From a virus (Duplodnaviria; Caudoviricetes), in the IMG/VR virus record IMGVR_UViG_3300027653_000016, positions 1-49,245 of that record: a DNA stretch of 49,245 nt; one strand, written 5' to 3'. This document shows, one piece after another, positions 8,458-17,811 of this stretch (its first letter is position 1; every line of letters begins with the position of its first letter). The translations under genes were made by a program, and so were the position numbers. Under the pieces are notes generated by a model, which worked only from the letters and a program-made list of their open reading frames with translations, was not told the origin of the DNA and did no database searches.

Positions 8458-9914
8458 TGTGACCCTGTCGATGCGATACGGCCGGGCGAACGCGGCGCGG
8501 ACGGCCTGCCGATGGCGTTACTCGAACCGGTCGCCGACACCGCGGCCGGTGATTCGTCCCGGCTACCGGACGGTTCGGGCGGGGGTAGCGTGTCGTCACC
8601 GGCGTCTTCGGGAGAGAAACCGGTCTCGCGGCGGACGGCATCACGCGAGATGATCGCGGGATCAGTGGCGTACGTATCGAGCGCGATCTGGGACCGGTCC
8701 GGCGGAAGAATAAGTTCGCTGGCGTCCCACCAGATCACGAGGTCTCCGTACTGGTCGTCGGTGCCCATGACCCGGTAATAGGGGCGCAAATATGAGTCGG
8801 TGAGGCGCATTGTCATGGCTGATAGGGGCGAACCGAACGCCGTTTTTATCGCGTCCTGGCCAGTGAAAAGCGCGTTCCAGTGGTTACTATCGTCTATTCC
8901 GGATACGACCTCTTGGGGGGTGTCGAGTCCGACGCCGACGCGGCGGATGGAACGCTCGAGCATGTCGGTGAGGGCCGCGTCGAACGGGGTCGAGAAATCC
9001 TGGTGCACCATGACCTCGCTGAGCTGCTTGTCGCCGCTGTACAGCATCACATAGGGGATGACAGCGCTCGCGACACCGCGGTCATGCAGTGGAGTTGTCC
9101 AGGAATCAAACATTTGCTGCAACTCGGGGGTCATTGCGGCGTCAGTGCTGGTGTTGGACGGGTTGATGATGACGCTGTCATCAATGATGAGCAGCCCGCG
9201 GCCAGCGAGGCGTGAGTCGATGGTGGCGCGTGTGTGTTCGTCCGCGCCGCGGATGACCTCGGCCACCTCACGCAGCGCGCGCACGGGCGATGTGGCTTCG
9301 GATTGTTTTCGTGGTGACGGAACCCAGTCGCGTATGACCATTATCGATTCGGTGGCGGTGTCGATCTCATGGTGCACCAGACCCGAAGGACTATCGAACG
9401 GCACCGTGATTTTTGTGCTGGTAGAACGCTCGATTTCGTCGGGGCTGGCGACTGTCCAAATCATCTGACTAGACGGGACAGTCGTCGCTAGCCCCCCGGG
9501 GCCGAGAGTCACTTCTTCTTCCACGGGGGCGTTATAGGCGATGATGTACGCCTCGCCCACGATTTTTCGTAGTTGGGCCCACCGGTGGAGCATGCGGGAG
9601 TGGCGCTCGAGTCCGCCAAATAGATCTCGAAGCGGTGCGAGCGCGGCGGGGTCGCGGATTTCCTCGGGTGCGTTGACGCCGGTAGGGTCGGGACGGCCGA
9701 CATACAGGCGTATGCGGGACATGTTGTCTGCGTGGTAGTCGACGGCACGCTGTATCTCCGGTACGGTCTCGTAATCTTTCCACGCCTGCGACTCCCACCC
9801 GGTCGCCTGGCGTTGGTTGAGTCGGCGTAGCAGCGGTGACGGGTCGGTGCGTGTGGATCGTTTTTGCTGCTTGTTGTGGTTGATGCGGGCGAACATGTCC
9901 GCTATTCGTCCCAT
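8454..9914 (-). CDS. Portal protein
   Basis: 486 aa directly upstream of MuF; WESQAW..YETVPEI, SRLAGRGLL, NHWNA motifs. Confidence 0.85.
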   Translation of the reverse strand: MGRIADMFARINHNKQQKRSTRTDPSPLLRRLNQRQATGWESQAWKDYETVPEIQRAVDYHADNMSRIRLYVGRPDPTGVNAPEEIRDPAALAPLRDLFGGLERHSRMLHRWAQLRKIVGEAYIIAYNAPVEEEVTLGPGGLATTVPSSQMIWTVASPDEIERSTSTKITVPFDSPSGLVHHEIDTATESIMVIRDWVPSPRKQSEATSPVRALREVAEVIRGADEHTRATIDSRLAGRGLLIIDDSVIINPSNTSTDAAMTPELQQMFDSWTTPLHDRGVASAVIPYVMLYSGDKQLSEVMVHQDFSTPFDAALTDMLERSIRRVGVGLDTPQEVVSGIDDSNHWNALFTGQDAIKTAFGSPLSAMTMRLTDSYLRPYYRVMGTDDQYGDLVIWWDASELILPPDRSQIALDTYATDPAIISRDAVRRETGFSPEDAGDDTLPPPEPSGSRDESPAAVSATGSSNAIGRPSAPRSPGRIASTGSQ

Positions 9915-9916
9915 GG

Positions 9917-10330
9917 TTATTGCTCCCCGCCATCGTCGTCGTCAGTGGTGCCGTGGTAGACGCGTATCGGCTCACGTGATGTTTCTGCACGCCCAGCTTC
10001 TACCTGTTGACGGTACGCGAAACTGTTCACGGCGTCACCGAGAGTGCTCGCCGCGCTGACCAGCGAAGACCATGCGAGATTCAGCGCGCATGCTGCGGCT
10101 ACCCATATCCATATGGTCTGCGCGAGACTGGACCCGTGGTAGGTGATGGTGTATCCGGCAGCGAACGTCACGGCGGTGATCCACCATCCGATGCAGTAGG
10201 GGCAGGCGGCGAATGTCTGCCACCATGCGGGTCCCCTGTCGCGTAGTGGCGCGGTGAGGGTGTCATGCGTGGCGAGTCGTGTGGCCCGTGCGGCGATTGC
10301 TGCGCTGGCAATGATCATGATTGCTGTCAT
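9917..10330 (-). CDS. DUF1360-like membrane protein
   Basis: RATRLATHDTLTAPLR and CPYCIGWW motifs plus hydrophobic helices; ATG 6 nt after a TACCAT -10. Confidence 0.72.
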   Translation of the reverse strand: MTAIMIIASAAIAARATRLATHDTLTAPLRDRGPAWWQTFAACPYCIGWWITAVTFAAGYTITYHGSSLAQTIWIWVAAACALNLAWSSLVSAASTLGDAVNSFAYRQQVEAGRAETSREPIRVYHGTTDDDDGGEQ

Positions 10331-10358
10331 GTGACCATGGTATGTGGTGTGAGTGGTG

Positions 10359-10405
10359 CCCCCCCTTGCGTAGTACTTTATGTGTGGTATAGTTAAAGTA
10401 CACCA
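10359..10405 (+). promoter_or_regulatory. Sigma70-type promoter with inverted-repeat operator (copy 1)
   Basis: TTGCGT-16nt-TATAGT; GTACTTTA-N13-TAAAGTAC; 47 bp identical to 12416..12462. Confidence 0.85.
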
Positions 10406-10423
10406 CAAAGGAAAGGGCACAAA

Positions 10424-11584
10424 ATGACCATCATCGAAATCGCCAAAGTCCAGTTCCCCGCCTGGAAAGAGAGCGTCGACAAAATCAACGCCCGCGCACG
10501 CCGCCTGCGCTTCGATGGCGGAATCACGTACACCATCCTCGGCGAAAAACAATGCCACGGAAACTTCGGCGGCATCGAAGCCCAGTACACGGCCTACCGG
10601 GTAGATGTCGAAATCGGCGTCCTCCACTACCAGGGATGGGACGTTATCGCGGTTATCGACACCGACAGCCAGACCGGCGTGACCACCGTTGATTCGATGC
10701 CCGGCTACGAAGGACAGTTCAGTCGTGAGTCTGTGCGGATGCGTATGTGTGACGAGTGTCAGGTCATCCGCAAGCGCAACCGTGTTTTGGTGGTGCGTGA
10801 GGCCGCGACGGGCAAGACCATGCAGGTCGGGGGTTCGTGCGTGCGTAACTATGTTGGCTGGTCCCCGACCATGCCGCGCCTGGACTTGCTGCTTGGCTTG
10901 AACGAGTTCCTCAACTACCCGGTGGGCCGCCCGGAGGCTAGCGACACTCTCACTGTTCTGGCCGTGGCGCACGACATTGTCGCCCAGCACGGATATCTTC
11001 CGGTGTCGAGTGCCGAGTACTACGAGATACCGACGTCAGAGCGCGTGAAAGACGCCCTGGCTAGCTCGGGGTACCGGTGCGCCATGGACCCTGAAGAGGC
11101 CATGCGCCTTGCACGCGGCACGGTCGAATGGGTTATGGCCAGCGACGACGACAGCGACTATATGGCTAACCTCCGCGCGGTCGCGGCTAGTGATGAGGTG
11201 TCGGACAGGCATGTAGGAATTTTGGCGTCAGCGGTGTATGCGCAGGAGCGGGAGGCGCGCCTTGAGGCTGAGCGGGCGGCCGAGAAAGCGTCGAAGCCGG
11301 TGTCGGAATGGGTCGGCGAGGTTAAAGAGAGGCGCGACTTCATTTTGACTGTGGACCGTGTGAGCGTGTTCGAAACACAGTTTGGTTTCACCACTTTGTA
11401 CAGCATGTCTGATGAGGACGGGAATATTTTCAAGTGGTTTGCGTCTCGTCCGTCTCTGGGTAGTGAGTCGGGTGTGCGGGTGACGGTGAAGGCGACGGTT
11501 AAGTCTCATTCTGAGTGGGATGACGTGAAGGAAACTCATGTGACGCGGTGCAAGCTGCTGTCTAGTGAGCCGTTGGCTGCGTAG
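10424..11584 (+). CDS. Phage protein with Zn-finger-like motif and probable C-terminal OB-fold
   Basis: CDEC...QVGGSC motif; C-terminal SEWVGEVKER...FKWFAS beta domain; RBS; ends LAA. Confidence 0.8.
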   Translation: MTIIEIAKVQFPAWKESVDKINARARRLRFDGGITYTILGEKQCHGNFGGIEAQYTAYRVDVEIGVLHYQGWDVIAVIDTDSQTGVTTVDSMPGYEGQFSRESVRMRMCDECQVIRKRNRVLVVREAATGKTMQVGGSCVRNYVGWSPTMPRLDLLLGLNEFLNYPVGRPEASDTLTVLAVAHDIVAQHGYLPVSSAEYYEIPTSERVKDALASSGYRCAMDPEEAMRLARGTVEWVMASDDDSDYMANLRAVAASDEVSDRHVGILASAVYAQEREARLEAERAAEKASKPVSEWVGEVKERRDFILTVDRVSVFETQFGFTTLYSMSDEDGNIFKWFASRPSLGSESGVRVTVKATVKSHSEWDDVKETHVTRCKLLSSEPLAA

Positions 11585-11624
11585 TTGGCGCCTGTCGGGA
11601 GGGGGGGATTCTTAGTGAGGCACC

Positions 11625-11669
11625 CCCCCTTCACTTTGTAATTTATCTATGGTATAGTCAAAGTACAAA
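11625..11669 (+). promoter_or_regulatory. Promoter/operator repeat (copy 2), overlapping a G7/C7 hairpin
   Basis: TTTGTAATTTA-tctatggTATAGT-CAAAGTACAAA. Confidence 0.75.
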
Positions 11670-11686
11670 TACAGAGAGGAAACGAA

Positions 11687-12373
11687 ATGCTGACACGCAT
11701 CATCGAAACCGGTCAAATCGAGATGACCCTTCGTACAGTACCGCCAGCGAAAACGGCAAACGTCACCTACGGAGGATCACATAGCGATTTTCGAGCCGAA
11801 ATAGACGCGCTGGGAGACGGTTACATTCGCCTCACCGCACTGTCAGAAGCTTACGGTGATGAGGTATTCGCACACAAGAATCATGAGATGGCGTGGTCAT
11901 TCAAGCATGAGTCATCGGTAGGAGACACTACCTACTACCGGATGACATGCCACCGACTGATCGATCTGTGTGATCGTGAGTACGAGTGCGACCCGGACGA
12001 ATTTCCGGACATGGCGGCTGAGCGTGACATGCTATCCGAATTCACCGCTGATGATGTCGAGGTAGCGCGTACGTGCGACACGGTGTTTTACCGCGATAGC
12101 AGCGGTGGGACATGGATGGAGTCCCTTTCGAGAGGCAGGGGTTATGTGTCGCTTGATCGTGCTTACCGCATGGTCCTAGATGGTTCGGACGTCATGGTGA
12201 GTGCTTCGGCGTCTCCTGCATGGCAGGTCATCGCTTCGATTAAGGCCATGATGGACGATTACGGGACAGTCAGTGGTGATTCCGTTGATTCCGTTGAGTC
12301 CGTTGAGGTTGAGGCCTTGCGGAGGCTCGATTTGGATTCGATTTTGAGCAGCATGGTTGTGTATAGAGATTGA
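11687..12373 (+). CDS. Hypothetical protein, paralog of 13021..13686
   Basis: RBS; shared ERDML, WQV/WEV and EAL..LD/QAL..VD blocks. Confidence 0.8.
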   Translation: MLTRIIETGQIEMTLRTVPPAKTANVTYGGSHSDFRAEIDALGDGYIRLTALSEAYGDEVFAHKNHEMAWSFKHESSVGDTTYYRMTCHRLIDLCDREYECDPDEFPDMAAERDMLSEFTADDVEVARTCDTVFYRDSSGGTWMESLSRGRGYVSLDRAYRMVLDGSDVMVSASASPAWQVIASIKAMMDDYGTVSGDSVDSVESVEVEALRRLDLDSILSSMVVYRD

Positions 12374-12375
12374 TC

Positions 12376-12414
12376 GAAGATGTCTCCCCAGGTTTCTGGG
12401 GAGACATCTTCTTT
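12376..12414 (+). terminator. Intrinsic terminator
   Basis: Perfect 16-bp stem GAAGATGTCTCCCCAG/CTGGGGAGACATCTTC followed by TTT. Confidence 0.85.
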
Positions 12415-12415
12415 A

Positions 12416-12462
12416 CCCCCCCTTGCGTAGTACTTTATGTGTGGTATAGTTAAAGTACACCA
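12416..12462 (+). promoter_or_regulatory. Promoter/operator repeat (copy 3)
   Basis: Identical to 10359..10405. Confidence 0.85.
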
Positions 12463-12481
12463 AGAGGGAAGGAACAAAAAA

Positions 12482-12976
12482 ATGGTCACCATCGGATACG
12501 CCAAATACATGGACAGCGACACCTACCGCCGCTACCTCAAAGCCGAAAACTCCTGCCGCAACATGTTCCACACCAACGACGTCCCGGCTAAGCCGGCATT
12601 GGAAAAACGAATCAGCCGCAAAACGAAAGAACATCTCGGCTACCGGATCAAAAACATAGAAGAAATCATGGGAGTGAAATACACAAAAGACACCGCTAAT
12701 CGTGTTGTCAAGTGCGAGGTCAACGGCCGCAACATCACCGAGGATGTAGATTACAGCTTCAGGTTCATCAAAAATGCTATTAAAACGCTCACAATCACCG
12801 CTGACGGAAAAGCTGACCAGAAGCGGCACGGAAAAAATGCTTTCGACCCGAAAACGATCGGGCTTCCTATTACCCAGTGGCTTGCACACTACTTCGGACT
12901 TGAGCTTGATGAGGCTCTAGACACGGTTCAGCGCGCGGTTGACTACCACGGCGGCGCAGAAGCGCTGGCCGCGTAG
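12482..12976 (+). CDS. Lys-rich hypothetical protein
   Basis: ATG after GAAGGA RBS and promoter; ends EALAA. Confidence 0.78.
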   Translation: MVTIGYAKYMDSDTYRRYLKAENSCRNMFHTNDVPAKPALEKRISRKTKEHLGYRIKNIEEIMGVKYTKDTANRVVKCEVNGRNITEDVDYSFRFIKNAIKTLTITADGKADQKRHGKNAFDPKTIGLPITQWLAHYFGLELDEALDTVQRAVDYHGGAEALAA

Positions 12977-13020
12977 GCACCTGGAAACTCTAAAACACCA
13001 CCACGAAAGGAACGACGACC

Positions 13021-13686
13021 ATGAGCAAGCTCAGCAAATATCTCAATGTTTTCCGCGATATCGATTACACGACTTTCAGCTACTGGGGCGATGATCTCGA
13101 AGAGCAAATCAAAGAACTATCTCGAGACCACGATGAGATCATCTACCTTCCAGAGCTATCCATGAGCATTGGCGGGTACGCATTCGCCGATACATCAGAG
13201 CAGTTTGGTTGGATGTTTTTCCAGATTGGTGATGGGCAGTACGAGATGTCGCGTTATCATCTTTCTGACATGGTGCATCACGATGCCTACATCGTCCCCA
13301 TGGAGACGCTGAGCGAACTACGGGATGAACGAGACATGCTCATGGAGCACACGGGCACGCTGGAAGTTGTTGCGAGTGATCCGAATTTCGACATTATTCG
13401 TTTCACTGACGGTGGTGGCCGCGTGGTGTCGTACTGGACATCTGATGAAAAATCTGAAAATTACACAAGAATTTCGGTACCTGAGGCTTACGGGGCAATC
13501 CTGGCGAACCCCCAAACAACCATTGTCATAAGTAAAGCTGGCCTTGCTTGGGAGGTGCTGTCAGCGATGGTTCAGGCTAGCCGTGATCACCAGGAGATCG
13601 ATCCGGAATCTGACGAAGCAATCGAATTTCAGGCGCTGGCGAGCGTGGACATGGGTGGTGTAATGGCGCGCCTCATCGGCCAGTAA
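13021..13686 (+). CDS. Acidic hypothetical protein, paralog of 11687..12373
   Basis: CCACCACGAAAGGA RBS; shared C-terminal blocks. Confidence 0.8.
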   Translation: MSKLSKYLNVFRDIDYTTFSYWGDDLEEQIKELSRDHDEIIYLPELSMSIGGYAFADTSEQFGWMFFQIGDGQYEMSRYHLSDMVHHDAYIVPMETLSELRDERDMLMEHTGTLEVVASDPNFDIIRFTDGGGRVVSYWTSDEKSENYTRISVPEAYGAILANPQTTIVISKAGLAWEVLSAMVQASRDHQEIDPESDEAIEFQALASVDMGGVMARLIGQ

Positions 13687-13696
13687 ACAGGAACCT

Positions 13697-13737
13697 AAAA
13701 GATGGCCCCTACCGGAACCGGTGGGGGTCTTCTTTTA
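13697..13737. terminator. Bidirectional terminator
   Basis: AAAAGA..CCCCTACCGG/CCGGTGGGGG..TCTTTT between convergent genes. Confidence 0.7.
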
Positions 13738-15252
13738 TCGCCGTGGGGGGCGTATCCGCATTTCGGCGATGTTGGGTGTGGCCATGGGGCCGCGTTTCGC
13801 TGGCCGGTATACGTGGGTGACGCCCCAGACCATGGCGTCCATGTTGTCTGGTGAGTCGCTGGAGCCTGCTTGGTAGGTGGCGAGCTGGTCGGCGATTGCG
13901 GTTAGCGGGGGGTCGGCGCTGGCGGATAGGAACGCTTCGCCGGCGATGAGCATCTGGGCGACCGGTGAGGCGCGGGTGACCTTGTTTTTGGTGGCGGTGA
14001 CGGCGGTGATTCGTGGTGGTGGTGTGGTGACGCGTCCGTCGCGCACGGCCGCGGACCAGCCAGCGCGGATGACAGAGGCGATGGCGTTGCCGCCCTTGTT
14101 TTTCTCATACACGATTTCGTCGATGTCGCCTTCGATGCATAGGTCGATGACGCGGGTGACGTAGTCGTCCACTGAACCGCGCATGGTGTGGTCGGCGAGG
14201 ACCCATGGTGTCCCGTTGCGTGTGGCGGCGACGTGGACTATGCCGTTTTCGTCGTGGCCGGTGGATTCGAGGCTGTCGGCGTCGGCGGGGTCGATGGCGA
14301 TCACGTGGCGCGTGAGTTCGTTCGGTTCGGGGGCTGGTTTTGTGGCTGCTTGTATTTGGTCGTGTGTCATGAGGGCACCAACATCCGAAGTTGGCTTGGC
14401 CATGAAGAGCGCGGACCAGTCGCGTGCGTTCTGTCCCCGTTCTTGTTCGCGCCACCAGTGGCGTGCTTCGTCGGGGGTGAGTTCGCGGCCGGCGACGGTG
14501 TCGACCCGTGTCAACGGTTCGCCGTGGCGGCGGCCGAGGGGGTCGGTGTCGGGGGTGTCGCAGAACGCGGGCATGCGCAGGACGCGCCATTTGCCGCCGT
14601 CTTCGTACCGTCCGTACCGGTCGATGAGTGTGATTGCGGGTTCGCGTTCGTGCCACAACGTTCCGGGCATGATGACAAGTGATCCGGGTGCGCGGCGGGA
14701 TAGGACTTCGGTGCCGAGTGCGCGTAGGAGCTTGGCGCGTATCCGCGGGCTGTCGGCTTCTTCCCTGTTTTTGAGGTAGTCGTCGATGAGGATGGCGGTG
14801 CCGGTTCGGCCGGTGATTCCGCCGCTGATGCCTGTGGAGTAGAGGCCGCCTCCGCTGGTGAGTCGCCAATCTTTCTTCGACGCGGACCCGTAGCGTACGT
14901 GTAGGCCGAAAGCGGCGCCGTGTTCTTTGACGAGCCGTTTAACGGCTTCGCCGCGCATGACGGCGTAATCGTCGTTGTAAGACACGATGAGGATTTCGTG
15001 CCTCGGGTTGACGCACAGTAGCCAAAACGCTGCCCACTCGACGGCGGTGAGTGTTTTGCCGACTTGCGGGGGCGTATGGATCATGACCCAGTGGTCGCGT
15101 GATTCGTGTGCGCGGGCGATCGCGGCGGAGGCAACGTCGAGGTGCGGCATGCGGTGGTAGTCGGGGTCGAGTAGGTCGGCGAGCGCGGCGGGTCCGAGTT
15201 CGAGCGCGATCATGTGTTGCAGCGCGACGGTGTCGACGGTGGTGTTACTCAT
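13735..15252 (-). CDS. terL: Terminase large subunit
   Basis: Walker A PPQVGKT, Walker B ILIDD, nuclease AIDPA and DNMDA; ATG overlaps terS end. Confidence 0.93.
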   Translation of the reverse strand: MSNTTVDTVALQHMIALELGPAALADLLDPDYHRMPHLDVASAAIARAHESRDHWVMIHTPPQVGKTLTAVEWAAFWLLCVNPRHEILIVSYNDDYAVMRGEAVKRLVKEHGAAFGLHVRYGSASKKDWRLTSGGGLYSTGISGGITGRTGTAILIDDYLKNREEADSPRIRAKLLRALGTEVLSRRAPGSLVIMPGTLWHEREPAITLIDRYGRYEDGGKWRVLRMPAFCDTPDTDPLGRRHGEPLTRVDTVAGRELTPDEARHWWREQERGQNARDWSALFMAKPTSDVGALMTHDQIQAATKPAPEPNELTRHVIAIDPADADSLESTGHDENGIVHVAATRNGTPWVLADHTMRGSVDDYVTRVIDLCIEGDIDEIVYEKNKGGNAIASVIRAGWSAAVRDGRVTTPPPRITAVTATKNKVTRASPVAQMLIAGEAFLSASADPPLTAIADQLATYQAGSSDSPDNMDAMVWGVTHVYRPAKRGPMATPNIAEMRIRPPRR

Positions 15253-15712
15253 CGTTCGATTCTTTGTCACTGTCATTTCTGGTGTTGGTGCCGCGTTGTT
15301 GTAGGTACTCGCGGAGCATCGAATCGAGCTTGCTCGCGCGTTCAGATGGCGCTGGCAACACCGATGATTCCTGTTCGGGTGCCTGGTCGAGACCGAGGTA
15401 TTTCGCGCGGCGGTCCATGATCCGTATAGCGGCTATGACGGCTTTGTCGTCGCCTTCGGTGGCTTTTTCCCATAGTCCGGCGAGCATGGCGTCGAGCCGG
15501 GACACTTCGAGTTCGAGGACGTCTTTTGCGGGTTCTTTGGTTATGTCGCGGATGGCGCTTTGCACTGAGCGAAATGCTGTTGCCCGAGATGAGAAGCCCA
15601 TTTTTTTGGCTATCTGGTCGTATGTGTGTCCTTTCTTTCGTAGCTGGAGTGCTTCGTTTTTGCGTTCAGCGGCTTCTATGTTTTTTGGTGATGTTTTTCG
15701 TGATGCTGGCAT
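15245..15712 (-). CDS. terS: Terminase small subunit
   Basis: HTH ALQLRKKGHTYDQIAK, RLDAML..LW and RRAKYLGLD motifs; directly upstream of terL. Confidence 0.85.
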   Translation of the reverse strand: MPASRKTSPKNIEAAERKNEALQLRKKGHTYDQIAKKMGFSSRATAFRSVQSAIRDITKEPAKDVLELEVSRLDAMLAGLWEKATEGDDKAVIAAIRIMDRRAKYLGLDQAPEQESSVLPAPSERASKLDSMLREYLQQRGTNTRNDSDKESNDE

Positions 15713-15836
15713 TTGTTACCTCCTTCTATGGTGCGTGTTTTTTATGCAACGTCGTTGTTTTTGTCCATTGTATCGTTTGGTGTTGTGCGGGTGACGACGT
15801 CGATGGTGGGGGGTTCCTGGCTGTAGTGTTTGGGGC

Positions 15837-16244
15837 ATGCAGAATGAGGATTCCTTGATTACCGTCACTGATGATCCTATTGAGGTGACTGCGGGACGGG
15901 TGTACTCACGGCCAGTTCAGGTGGGTGACATTGTCTTGTACACGGCGGACGATACGGAGCATTGCCGGTTTGGGGTTGTGGACCGTGCCGCGATGGTGAC
16001 GGCGGTGGAGCCGGATTGTTGTGTGTCGCTGTGCGCGTTCGAGCCGGGTGGTTTCGCGTTTGTTCGGGGTGCGCGTTTCAGTGTTGAGCGGGTGTCGGGT
16101 ACGTGGCGCCACCGGGAGTTATGTGCGTGTGGCTGTAGGGTGCATGAAAGAACCCCCCGTCTATGGACCGGGGGGTTCGTTATGTGTTGTTTTAGTCGTT
16201 TGATGCTTTGTCGGCCTGGTGTGACTGGTTGGCAAGGATGGTAG
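15837..16244 (+). CDS. Hypothetical phage protein
   Basis: VGDIVLY...RAAMVT...VSL..F.P.G...GTW pattern; leaderless-type ATG after TAGTGT. Confidence 0.65.
   Translation: MQNEDSLITVTDDPIEVTAGRVYSRPVQVGDIVLYTADDTEHCRFGVVDRAAMVTAVEPDCCVSLCAFEPGGFAFVRGARFSVERVSGTWRHRELCACGCRVHERTPRLWTGGFVMCCFSRLMLCRPGVTGWQGW
16150..16178. terminator. Hairpin between convergent genes
   Basis: GAACCCCCC/GGGGGGTTC stem. Confidence 0.55.
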
Positions 16245-16374
16245 ATACCCCTCCTGCGATAAATGCGTAATGTTGTGTCTCGGTGTCTCCTTTGATGGCT
16301 GACGTTATCAGTAGGGCCGCGTGGACAACGGAGGATACTGACCAGATGCAGAAGGCAGCGCGGTTGAGGTTCAT
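16192..16374 (-). CDS. 60-aa protein with two hydrophobic segments
   Basis: ATG after CCACCACGAAAAGGGA RBS. Confidence 0.6.
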   Translation of the reverse strand: MNLNRAAFCIWSVSSVVHAALLITSAIKGDTETQHYAFIAGGVSTILANQSHQADKASND

Positions 16375-16386
16375 TTCGTGTTTCCC

Positions 16387-16462
16387 TTTTCGTGGTGGGT
16401 TGGGGTCAGGTGTCATGTTGTTTAGCGCTTAGAGTCGATATGAGAGCGTTAGCCCTGGTCAG
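16387..16462. repeat. ~76-bp intergenic direct repeat, copy 1
   Basis: Near-identical to 16849..16924. Confidence 0.9.
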
Positions 16463-16838
16463 TTCGTAGTTGTTTGTGTTGTGGCCATGCGCTCTCGGAT
16501 GGTTTTGCGACGACGAGTGAGACCGCGCGTGCTTCGGTGATGATGGGGTTGTGTTGTTGTAGTGCGGGGTGTTGGCTGGTTTGGGTGTCGAGGAGTAGCA
16601 CGCGTTCGCCGTTGTCGAGTTGGCCTGCTAGCTGGTCGCTTATTTCTACTGTGGCCCGGATTTGGTTGTTTTCTTCGATGATTTGTGTGCAGCGTCCGAT
16701 GTGTTGCCCGCCGGTTTCGCGGGGGTTGAGTATGGGCAGGTAGGCGTGTGGGGCGTTCTGGAAAGTTCCTTGGCGGATTGTCATGCCGGTTGTGGTTTGG
16801 GTTTCTGTCCAGGCGACGGTTTCGGTGCGTGTGGCCAT
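16449..16838 (-). CDS. Hypothetical protein, weak resemblance to prohead-protease fold
   Basis: RBS motif; LP...IGR..QI....IRA and ITEAR...AW pattern. Confidence 0.65.
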   Translation of the reverse strand: MATRTETVAWTETQTTTGMTIRQGTFQNAPHAYLPILNPRETGGQHIGRCTQIIEENNQIRATVEISDQLAGQLDNGERVLLLDTQTSQHPALQQHNPIITEARAVSLVVAKPSESAWPQHKQLRTDQG

Positions 16839-16848
16839 GTTTGTGGTC

Positions 16849-16924
16849 CTTTCGTGGTGGGTTGGGGTCGGGTTTATCGTTGTTTGGCGCTTAGAATCGA
16901 CCTGAGAGCGTTACCCCTGGTCAG
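16849..16924. repeat. ~76-bp intergenic direct repeat, copy 2
   Basis: Near-identical to 16387..16462. Confidence 0.9.
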
Positions 16925-17288
16925 GCGGGTATATTCTCGCTTTGAGTTCGAATCCGTGAATGTAGTATCCGCTCATGGCGTCTCCTTCGGCTTCGACGAT
17001 GGCTTTTTCTCCGCCGTCGGTGATGGCGTAGACCCACGCGTTGTACTGGCTGTCAAGGCTGTCTTCGTCTTCGTCGTCTTTTATGCCGGCGGCGGTGATG
17101 ATGCTGGTGGTGGTGTGTAGGTCAGTGAGGCTCAGGTATGAGCAGCAGTCTGTGATTTCGGTTTCGAACTCGATGATGGTGCCGTCATCGAGCGTGAGTG
17201 TCCCTTCTTTGGTGTTGGTGTCGACGATTTGTCTCCCGACGAGGATGGACGGGTCGAAATCTCTGTATTGTTCTTCGGTTGATTTCAT
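16911..17288 (-). CDS. Acidic hypothetical phage protein
   Basis: LVGRQIV...LTLDDGT...DCCS...SGYY pattern; AGGA RBS. Confidence 0.75.
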   Translation of the reverse strand: MKSTEEQYRDFDPSILVGRQIVDTNTKEGTLTLDDGTIIEFETEITDCCSYLSLTDLHTTTSIITAAGIKDDEDEDSLDSQYNAWVYAITDGGEKAIVEAEGDAMSGYYIHGFELKARIYPPDQG

Positions 17289-17321
17289 GTGTGTGTCCTG
17301 ATCTAGTTGTGTCGGGTGTGG

Positions 17322-17507
17322 TTATTTTCGCGTCGAGGGGGGTTCGGTGCGCATGTATGGCGGTGGCCGTTCACCGGGTTCCGGGGTGGCCCATGCGTAG
17401 TAGCTGGCCCTCAGTATTTCGAACATAGAGTTTCGGAATTGTTCGCCGGCTTGGCCGATTATTTCTTCCATTTCTGGGGAGGGCCAGACAGATTCATCAT
17501 TGTCCAT
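17322..17507 (-). CDS. Hypothetical protein
   Basis: Short ORF in minus-strand run with upstream GGAA. Confidence 0.5.
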   Translation of the reverse strand: MDNDESVWPSPEMEEIIGQAGEQFRNSMFEILRASYYAWATPEPGERPPPYMRTEPPSTRK

Positions 17508-17553
17508 TGTTTTTTCCGTTTCTTGGTTCGGGTTTACTGACTGTGGTGGTGGT

Positions 17554-17694
17554 TTAGCCGGAGTGCCCGGTAACGATCGGGTGTCCTTTGTGTTCTTTCT
17601 TGAATCGTTTCAGGTACTTCGTCATCTTCTCCGGCTTCATGCTGACCTTTGTGTTGCACTGGTAGCAGATGACGGTCTCGTACGGCTTCTTCAT
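17554..17694 (-). CDS. 46-aa CxxC/His small protein
   Basis: ATG after CCACCACGAAAGGAAC; CYQC and EHKGH. Confidence 0.6.
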   Translation of the reverse strand: MKKPYETVICYQCNTKVSMKPEKMTKYLKRFKKEHKGHPIVTGHSG

Positions 17695-17811
17695 GGTGTG
17701 TTCCTTTCGTGGTGGTGGTGGTGCCCCTCCCGTGGAGAGTTTTGGTGGGAGGGGCGGATCAATCATGCGTGGAAGTCCCACCCGGTTCTGCTGGGTGAAT
17801 GTTTTCCGTCC

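Noticed and set aside
10331-10990. Long 357-aa version of the minus-strand ORF
   Set aside because: Its N-terminal part is antisense to the well-supported 10424 gene and its promoter; the real start is likely 10330
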